Shown: in pieces, positions 23,514 to 32,102 of the stretch | Layout: every line of letters starts with the position of its first letter | Numbering within the stretch: position 1 is the stretch's first letter | Assembly: GCA_000697335.1 (NCBI GenBank) | Contig: JNEM01013313.1 | Span: forward strand, 1 to 32,102 | Direction of reading: 5' to 3' | DNA length: 32,102 bases | Source of the DNA: Conidiobolus incongruus B7586 | Lineage: Eukaryota | The notes under the pieces: generated by a model | What the model saw: the letters and a program-made list of their open reading frames with translations, nothing else | What the model was told of the DNA's origin: nothing | The model's database searches: none | Program-made: the position numbers and the translations under genes

Positions 23514-24479
23514 CTAACAATAAGAATTCATTGTCAAATTCCAATATTCAAAGTGAGCATTTCTCCTAGGAATTAAAAAATCACCAATGCAATTTTCATC
23601 TTCTTGAAATATTGAACATTGGATGGTTTGTCCACTACTATTAATATGCAAATTGTTTTGATTATGATAGTATCCCATAGCTGTTCCAGGTAAAATTGGT
23701 ACGATATCAGCATACGATGTTACACGGGTATATGTCCAGGGTTTAGAGTTAAGATATTCTACAAATTTGATATTGCCTACACGGGGTTGACCATAAGTAA
23801 TAACATTGATCTTATCCCAATTAATTATTTTAGCTTCAGCTAATCTGAAAGCAATAATTTCTGCAATAGCACCGCCAGAGCTATGACCGGTAAAAATTAT
23901 TTTGTAATTTGGATATTTACTCAAAGCCTGTTTGAGAGACTCTTGAGATTGATTTAATAAAGAATTGGCAAAATTGTTAAATCCTTCATGAATTTGAGCA
24001 TCCGAGTAATTTCCTGAAAGTCCAGCACCTGTGAGTGATAGATCCAAATTCATTATCCAGTTCAAAAAGTCATTAGTTCCACGATATGACATAATAATAA
24101 GCTTTTTGTCCGGATTCACTGTCAAATATCCAGCAGTACTCAATTTGGTATCAGAAAAATAAATCACATTATTTGACCCTGAGGTATATCCATTGCAATT
24201 ATCACAACTCCAATTCAATATTTTGTCTTTTAGGCAATATGCAGCACCTGCATAACTAAGAATATTTTTTGCTTCAGCTTCAGTTGCCATCTTTGCTACT
24301 GGTGCGATTGATGACCTGTAAAAAGAATCCGATAAGGATCCATTATTCGGATGATAATAATTAAATTTCTCTATTACTTGGTTAAGAGAATTAATCATAT
24401 CGTCAATCCCCTTTCTTTCATTAATATTCAAAATTGGTATACTAGCAACAAATGAATTATAAAGGTAGTAAAATTTCAT
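23514..24479 (-). CDS. Class-3 lipase, 321 aa, elbow GHSSG; lipase D
   Basis: YRGT, IHEGF, GHSSGG, TYGQPRVGN, ADIVPILP, AHFEYW. Confidence 0.94.
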   Translation of the reverse strand: MKFYYLYNSFVASIPILNINERKGIDDMINSLNQVIEKFNYYHPNNGSLSDSFYRSSIAPVAKMATEAEAKNILSYAGAAYCLKDKILNWSCDNCNGYTSGSNNVIYFSDTKLSTAGYLTVNPDKKLIIMSYRGTNDFLNWIMNLDLSLTGAGLSGNYSDAQIHEGFNNFANSLLNQSQESLKQALSKYPNYKIIFTGHSSGGAIAEIIAFRLAEAKIINWDKINVITYGQPRVGNIKFVEYLNSKPWTYTRVTSYADIVPILPGTAMGYYHNQNNLHINSSGQTIQCSIFQEDENCIGDFLIPRRNAHFEYWNLTMNSYC

Positions 24480-26280
24480 TTTAATAACATAAGAATGAAT
24501 TTGTCAAAATTGAAAGGTATTACTAACTTTTAAACTATTTGAAAGTTGAAATATTTATTATTCAAGTTTTTAATTTTTCTCCTTCTGATATGTTGATCAC
24601 TTCAATATTTATGCTTACTCTATTTATATTTTTCGGTAAAAAATATTTAACAAAATGTTCCTTAAAAAGAACTGTACAGTTCAATGGAGTTGTTCAATTG
24701 AAATTTAAATTGGTATAATATTCATGCATAACTTTCAAACTCTATAGAAAATATCATCAATGTTGAGATATTGAATAAAATAATATTGAATGGGATAAAT
24801 GCTCTTGGATATATGTATATAATAGTTAATATAACATACCTGTAAATCTACATATTAGGTTATATTATTCTAATATTTATTTTTACAAGAACTATATATT
24901 CGACATCAACACCTGTATAGTTGAGTGCTATATATCTAATATATCATTGTTTCAGAACAACGTCTAATACCGGGTTATAAATACTTGGCAGATCGTCTTT
25001 TTGCTTTGGGTTAATTATTTAAACACAAACATTAATATTCAAATTCAATATAATTTCAGACAAAATTAGACAACTAAGTTCACTAATGTGGTATGCTTTA
25101 AAATGTATGTTTTTTTACTTGATACCCACAATCTTCAGAATAGTGTTGTGAGACCTTATTTGGATAATAATATGTTGATATAATCAATTACTTATATAAG
25201 TAATCAATATATCATAATTACTCGGTTTAATAATGATATTTCACTATTAATTTAGAATCATACCAAATTATAACCATGCAATTACTATATAGATTTTTCC
25301 TATAAGCATTTAAACAATCATTCTTAAGTAACAATAGAATCTCAAAATTTGCAAGTATCTCCATATTTTTATAACTTGTTTTACTCTATATTATGTATAA
25401 TAAAATAAATTTGGAAATCATCCACATTTCTCACATTATAAAAAATTTCAAATAATTTACCAATTGTTTAATTATTGTAATATGTATCATGATAACTATT
25501 AAGGATCTACAAGTACATATCCTGTTCTTACTGACCTTAAAATAATACTTAGATACTCCTAAATAATACGGGTTATCATCTAATCTGGTTTCCTTATGAG
25601 AGCCAAAACTTTCCCCCAATGCATACAAATATCTATCATTATGCTTATGAAAAGCTTAGAATTTGTTGAAATAAAATGTTGACTATATATAATTATTAGT
25701 TGCCCCAAAAATCACAGGGATAATATCCCAAGTATCGATCATTAACCATTTTAGAATATCTTCACTATATCTCCTTGGCCATTCTAATCTGGTCATTTAA
25801 CAAAATATATTAAGATACTATGATAAACACTTTTGAATTATTACTTAGAATCACTATTCCGATTCCACACATTCGATTATGAAAAAATAATAATCCTGGT
25901 AAGAAATCATTAAATGATTTTGTATAAATGATGAAAAATTGTTCATCAATTCATTTTTGAAAAATATTGTAAAGTTTAATAGTTAATATTATTATTCATT
26001 TTTTATTTATTTTACAAATTTATGGAATCTATCTTTAATTTCATTTTACCATTTTCAGATCTGGATCATTCCTTCTGACCAAATACCTGCTCAATTACAC
26101 TTTATCATCAATACATCTTATCAAATGATTTTATTGATTATAACATAGCAATTACTCTCGATATCTCAGTTATATATCAATTTTTGGACAATCAATATAG
26201 TCTGTTATCCTACAACTGTTACTTTCTAATAAATAATACAGATTCCTTCTTAATATTGTGTAATCCCAATTTAATACCAC

Positions 26281-26940
26281 AAAATTGAAGAAATGGGAAA
26301 TTTTTTAATTTCTGATTTTTCAAACATATTATTAGTTTCAGATAAAAAAGATATATACAAAATAAATAGGAAAATCAATATTTTTAAACTATATAGATAT
26401 AAATATATAATGTTTTTTACTAAAAAATTATCTTTCAAAAAATTTTGTTTAATTTAATTATACTTAAACTAAATAATAATCCCTAAAAGTCTTTTATTAT
26501 AATATCAATATCACTTAAATATAATCCTTTCAAAATTATTTAAAGTTTATGATTTTCAAGATGATGTTTTATTTAAATCAAATATTAATTACTAGGTGAA
26601 TTATTTTAAAGCTAAAAAAACTATTCAAATCTTATTAAATTATAAAAGATTAATTTTAACTATTATTTTTTTAATTTTTAATCAAACCAAAGAATATATT
26701 AATTAATATTGTTTTAGTTCAAATAAAGAATTACCAAGTCACTTTAATATTAGTTATATAGGTATTTTATTTATATTCAAGTTTAAACCTAGATTGATAA
26801 ATAAAAATATTCAATATATACCTTATAATTTAATTTAAGGTTAAAATAATAAAGTAGTTATAAATAAACAAAATATACTAAGGTTTAGATAAAAACCAAT
26901 TTTTTTATAATAAATTAATATAATTACTTAAATATAAATA
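26281..26940 (+). repeat. Copy A of an AT-rich hypermutated dispersed repeat (probable transposon relic; the element may extend to ~27950)
   Basis: Collinear similarity with 31466-32102, from AAATGGGAAATTTTTTAATTT through AAAAGTCTTTTATT and AAAAGATTAATTTTAA to TTTTATAATAAATTA. Many of the differences are C/T or G/A. Confidence 0.8.
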
Positions 26941-27170
26941 CTTTTGTAAAATTTTTACTAAAATATATATTAAAAAATTAAGGTAAAGTTATAAATATAA
27001 AAGATAATAAAATAAATAAAATATTATGAAAAACTTATTATAATAGTAATATAGCTTAAAATATAGTATTAAAAGATATGATAAAATAAAATAAATATAA
27101 GCCAAATTTATTTAAGTTTTATCAACAATAAGTTAATATAAATATGCTAGATATAATATAAAATAATATG

Positions 27171-27205
27171 AATATAATATAATATAATATAATATAATAT
27201 AATAT
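27171..27205. repeat. (AATAT)x7 microsatellite
   Basis: Direct reading. Confidence 0.85.
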
Positions 27206-28294
27206 AGTATAAATATAATTTTAATTATAAAAATAATCATACTAATTAAGAAAACTATAACTATTAAGAGGGTTGAAAAAACCATGTATATTAGTTTAAT
27301 TAATTTTATTTGTTTAATTAAATTGACTTTAAAATATAAATTTCCTAATTAATTTCAAGCTAGATAACTTATATAAAACTATATATAAGAACTTTAAAAA
27401 CTAGTTTGTTAACAAAAATAATCCTATTTATAAATTCCAATAAATAAACATTTATTTATAAACAAATGATAATAACTATTATAAAATAAAATAATATATA
27501 TTTTTCCTATTTTGTGTTTAAGAGAAAATTAATTAATAGTAAATTTTATATTATTTTTCTAAATAAAAATAATTTTAAGATCTTTTTAATATAATTTAAT
27601 AGAACTTATTACTTTACATAATAAATATAAAATATATACAATAAAAAATATATATATAATCATTAATTAGAAATAGTTTAAAAAAATACTATATCTAGTA
27701 TATATATTAAATTATAACCTAAATAATTATAATTGCTATAAATAATAAAAAAAATCAACTAATAAGAATGAAAATTTATATAACAAAATTTAATTAGCCT
27801 GTAAATAATTAAATATCAGTTTATAATAAAAACACTATTTTTTAAATAATACAAGTTTAGTAAAAAATATAACAAAGAATTATAAAAATCAAAGTAAATA
27901 TTAAATTAATATTGTTAATTTAGTTTTTACTAAATATTTATTAAAATGTTTGTTTATTTTCAATCTCAATTAATTCATATTATTTAAAATCTAGAGTAAT
28001 ACTTGTTAATTAGCTTTATTGTCATTGGTGATCTCAGTCAATAAATCAAAATCCACTGTACAAAGTTGAAATAACAGATTTTTGGATTATTATAACAATT
28101 TTATAAAAATATGTAGCCATTAAATAATCTATAAAATTTAAAATTGAACAATATTAAATGATTTGGGTGTATTTTATTAGAATCATATCTGATTAAATAA
28201 TAACCTTATTAACATATTTTAAACAAGAAAAATATAATGATCATATTTTATAAATAATATATATTTAAAATTTATTCAAAAATTATTACTACTA

Positions 28295-29263
28295 TTAACA
28301 ATTTGAATTTATTGTTAAATTCCAATATTTAAAATGTGCTTCGACACTAGGAAACCAAAAATCACCAATACAATTTTGATCCTCTTGCAAAACTGAACAT
28401 AGAACAGTTTCCCCAATATTGCTAATATGTATATTATTTTGATTGTGATAATATCCTAATAACATTGCAGGTACAATTGATACGATATCCGAATACGATG
28501 TTATTCGAGTAAATGTCCAAGGTTTGGAATCAAGATATTCTGCAAATTTGATATTGCCGACGCGGGGTTGGCCATAAGTAATGACATTGACTTTATCCCA
28601 GCTAATCACATTGGCTTCCGCGAGTCTGTAAGCAATAATAGTCCCTATAGCGCCTCCTAAGCTATGACCCGTGAACACTACCTTATAATTAGGATATTTG
28701 TTCAATGCCACTGTGAGAGAGTTTTCAGATTGCTGTAACAAAGAATTAGCCATTTGGTTAAATCCAATATGAATTTCAGCATCCCAATAATTTCCTGTCA
28801 ATCCAGCTGATGTGAAAAATATTTTCAAATTCGTCATCCAATTAGTAAAATCATTTGTTCCACGGTATGACATAACGATGAGTTTTCTGTCGTGATTGAT
28901 TGTCATGTACCCAGCACTACTCAATTCGAAATCTGAGAAATATGCTACTTCACTAGAACCTGAAGTAAATCCTTTGCAATTATTACAATCCCAATTCATT
29001 ATTTGTTCTTTGGGACAATATGCAGCGCTTGCGTAACTTATAAAGTCCCTTGCTTCAGCTTCAGTTGTCATTTTTGCAACTGGAGTAATCGGCAACTTGA
29101 ACATATAGTCAAAAAATCCTCTATCATCAAGGTCATTTTGCTCTTTGTATTTTTCGATTGCTCGACTAAGGGAATTAACCATTTGCGCATTTTCAGTTTC
29201 ATAGATATTATTAGAAATTGATGTACTTGCTACCAAAGTGTAAAAGAGAAAATTCAATTTCAT
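28295..29263 (-). CDS. Secreted class-3 lipase, 322 aa; lipase E
   Basis: YRGT, IHIGF, GHSLGG, TYGQPRVGN, SDIVS, AHFKYW. Confidence 0.95.
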   Translation of the reverse strand: MKLNFLFYTLVASTSISNNIYETENAQMVNSLSRAIEKYKEQNDLDDRGFFDYMFKLPITPVAKMTTEAEARDFISYASAAYCPKEQIMNWDCNNCKGFTSGSSEVAYFSDFELSSAGYMTINHDRKLIVMSYRGTNDFTNWMTNLKIFFTSAGLTGNYWDAEIHIGFNQMANSLLQQSENSLTVALNKYPNYKVVFTGHSLGGAIGTIIAYRLAEANVISWDKVNVITYGQPRVGNIKFAEYLDSKPWTFTRITSYSDIVSIVPAMLLGYYHNQNNIHISNIGETVLCSVLQEDQNCIGDFWFPSVEAHFKYWNLTINSNC

Positions 29264-30438
29264 TGCAACCTGAATTAATATTCGAAGATTGGAAGGATAA
29301 AATTATCTTTTATTTTATTCTATTATATTGATAAAACAATGCTTTATCCTCCTTGAACCATGCGGTTCTTCGAGCTCTTGCAATAAGCCTTAGCTAGTAT
29401 CATTCATAATGTTAGACAATACAATATCCACAAAATATAACTCCTTCACTAAATTCGTAACAAATTGGCATGATCATTTGAGCCATAAAATGACTTTTGA
29501 CTGTAAATTGAACAATTGGATCAACTTCAGTTTTTAATAATGCAAGATGATTTTTATAATTGGCTTAGATTCAATCATGCCAAACTTCAAATTTTTAAAT
29601 CCTGATTTTATAATGAATTATTTTAAAAAAGGGACATGAAAATTTTTAAGTTACCCCTAATTTCAAAATATAAATAGTTAAATTATATAAATTTACATGA
29701 TTCGATATTACTATCCGCTCAAAAATTATCCAAGATTTTTTACATGATATTTTTTTTAAATTTAAACCAGAAATACAGTTTTATAAAATATTTAATTAAT
29801 AATAATTAAAATTTATAAAAAAGATTAATTGATAATTATTTTGTTTTAAAAAAATACAATGATTATATTATTCATTCTATAATAGCGATCAATACATAGT
29901 ACCAAAATCATATAAGATATTGAATACTGAATATATTTGAAAAATGTATATATGACAATTCAATTTTCAATTTTTTCTAATGCAGTTATACATTTTTAGA
30001 AAGATTTTATTACATGATAAACAAAATTTACATATTTTAGTTATTAAATCATATATTAATAATAATTGAAAATGTTATATTGGTAAAAATAGTATTGAAA
30101 AAATTAAATAATAATTCGATATTTTAACAAATAGATTAAAATTAGATATTAATAAAATATTTAAAGAATAATAATATATTGATACAATTATTGGATAATA
30201 ATTTTATTTTAATTAAAATAACTGAACTTTGAAAATCCAATTTCTTAAGATAAACAATTGTTATAGATTGAGTAGAAATTTTACAATTTAAATATTTCAA
30301 TATGATTTAAGAAATGAAAAAAAATAAACAAAATAGAGGAAAAGTTTTAATATATATAAATATATGTAAAATTGAAATTTTATATAAGTAAAAAGAATTT
30401 TAAATTATAAATAAAAAAAGTATAAAAAAGGAGATTAG

Positions 30439-30443
30439 AAAAA
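30439..30443 (-). terminator. Pol III oligo-T terminator of tRNA-Thr
   Basis: TTTTT on the minus strand ~12 nt downstream of the discriminator base. Confidence 0.6.
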
Positions 30444-30454
30444 GTAAATTGAAT

Positions 30455-30527
30455 TGCCTTCTACCAGAATCGAACTGGTGACCTTCCGCTTACTAGGCGG
30501 ACGCTCTGCCAACTGAGCCAAGAAGGC
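30455..30527 (-). tRNA. trnT: tRNA-Thr(AGT)
   Basis: GCCTTCT-TGGCTCAGTTGGCAGAGC-G-TCCGC-CTAGTAA-GCGGA-AGGTC-ACCAG-TTCGATT-CTGGT-AGAAGGC-A folds into a complete cloverleaf, anticodon AGT, no intron. Confidence 0.97.
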
Positions 30528-30537
30528 GTATAAAGGG

Positions 30538-31094
30538 TGTCACGGTTATTAGCTCTCGGAGCGTCATTGAGGACACTGACACAGCCATTCTGTAGGCTAG
30601 ATTGTGAAACATGATACCTACCAGCTGGGGTAAACTACCAATGATCAGGTCTCTGGCTATTCAGCCTTGATCACTTGTAAATGGGGCTTTGTACAGAGCG
30701 ACTAGACCAGCAGCAACAGTGGTGGCGTTAGGATCCGATATGCTAAGAAGATGGAATCAAGGAATATCAATAGGAATGGGTTTAGAAGGATTAGTGTAAA
30801 ATGACTCAAGTGGAACTATAAGCAGTTACTTGAGTATACCAAAAGGGTTGACTTTGGGTGTAGCCAAAAGGTTTATTAATGTAGGAAAGTAAGGTAAGAG
30901 AGAGAGGTCAAGAAGGGAGACAAGCCCTTCTTATACTTAAGTGAAATATATAGGCATAAGTATGTACAGATGAGTAACAGTGAAGTTACTCAGATGTAGA
31001 CTGGTAAAATGTTGATAAGGCCTAATTTGGTTAATCAGGTACTTAATAGTGAATTGGAGTAAAGAAAGATATTAATTAGGTAGTAATTGTCACA
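30538..31094 (-). mobile_element. Solo LTR (557 bp) with perfect 5-bp TSD AAGGG, inserted 10 bp upstream of tRNA-Thr
   Basis: AAGGG(30533-30537)|TGTCAC...TGTCACA|AAGGG(31095-31099). The minus strand shows TATAAGAAGGG, a pyrimidine tract and AATAAA (30872-30877) in U3-R-U5 order. Confidence 0.9.
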
Positions 31095-31099
31095 AAGGG

Positions 31100-31458
31100 A
31101 TTTACAATTGATATCTAATTCTTACCCTCTCTCACTTGAAAATCACTACTAAATACCAATTATCCCAATTAAACTATATAAATAATCTCAACCAGTTGTT
31201 ACAAAAGCTCTATCCCTTTGATATCCCAATATCCATATATTATTACTACCATGCTATTAATCTGTTATATTCTACTTATCTAAATATTTCTTATACAATT
31301 CTGACATGACTTTCTCTATTCTACAAATAAACCTTATTTTCCTATTCAAAACCTGCTTCTGAGCATGCTCAAGGAGTCACCTATAGCTTCACTTGAGACA
31401 TATTCCATTATCTGTTCTATATCCATTCCTATTGATATTCTGTGATTTTATCTTCTTA
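31100..31458 (+). mobile_element. Older, truncated LTR related to the adjacent solo LTR, opposite orientation
   Basis: 31321-31458 aligns with the reverse complement of 30744-30885: AATAAACCTT, CTCAAG..TATAG..CACTTGAG, an exact 18-mer CCATTCCTATTGATATTC (31423-31440 vs 30762-30779) and ATCTTCTTA. The left boundary is approximate. Confidence 0.75.
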
Positions 31459-31465
31459 TTACTTT

Positions 31466-32102
31466 AGAATTAAAAAAATGGGAAATTTTTTAATTTTTGA
31501 TTTTTCAAATATATTATTAGTTTTAAATAAACAAATATATATAAAATAAATTAGGAAATATATATATATAATAACTTTTTTAATTCAAAAAATTAACTTT
31601 TTGAAATTAGCTGTTTAATTTGATTATGTTTAGGTTAAATAATAATTATCAAAAGTCTTTTATTTTAATATTAATAAAATTTAATCATAGATCTTTTAAA
31701 ATTATTCAAAATCAATTAATTTGTTTTGATAATAAAATATTATTAAAATTAACTATTTTATTATTAATTAATTTATATTAAAATTAAAAAAAAAGTATTT
31801 CCAGCTTATTAAATATTAAAAGATTAATTTTAATAATTTTTAAAATTAAAAGATATATTATATAACATCTTTGTATTTTATTTAAAAAATTATTAATATA
31901 TATTAATATTAGTTTTATAAGTATTTTATATATATTAATGCTTAAACTTTAGTTAACTAATTAAGATATAAAATAAATATTATATAATTTGATTAAAGTT
32001 TAAAAAAAGATAAAATAGTTATTATTAAATAAAACTTACTTAAATATTATTAGAAGCTTAAACTTTTATAATAAATTATTATAATTAATTAATCTTAAAT
32101 TT
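31466..32102 (+). repeat. Copy B of the AT-rich hypermutated dispersed repeat; interrupts the older LTR and runs off the window
   Basis: Homologous to 26281-26940; no CpG seen. Confidence 0.8.

Noticed and set aside
1..32102. Prokaryotic systems (CRISPR arrays, operons) or an alternative genetic code to explain the many TAA/TAG in the Tc1 frame
   Set aside because: The DNA is eukaryotic (spliceosomal intron, TIM54) with no repeat-spacer array. Intact genes end in TAA/TAG and have none internally, and the Tc1 stops replace both Trp and Gln, so they are mutations rather than recoding.

Overview
Eukaryotic (fungal) nuclear DNA, very AT-rich, with almost intron-free genes and one 49-nt spliceosomal intron. 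Composition and gene content suggest an early-diverging fungus, possibly an entomophthoralean such as Conidiobolus; this is inference, not proven. Genes are TIM54 (two exons), a tandem cluster of five intact secreted class-3 lipases plus one lipase pseudogene with an embedded GH18 chitinase, and a tRNA-Thr(AGT). The apparently empty AT-rich DNA is not featureless. 675-1900 is a full-length Tc1/mariner (DD34E) transposon with TIRs, whose transposase has been saturated with C>T/G>A transitions in a RIP-like way. A second hypermutated repeat occurs twice (26.3 kb and 31.5 kb). A solo LTR with a perfect 5-bp TSD sits 10 bp upstream of the tRNA gene, next to an older related LTR in the opposite orientation, suggesting tRNA-targeted retrotransposition. 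Further solo-LTR-like relics lie between the lipases, and two lipases share gene-conversion-like tracts.
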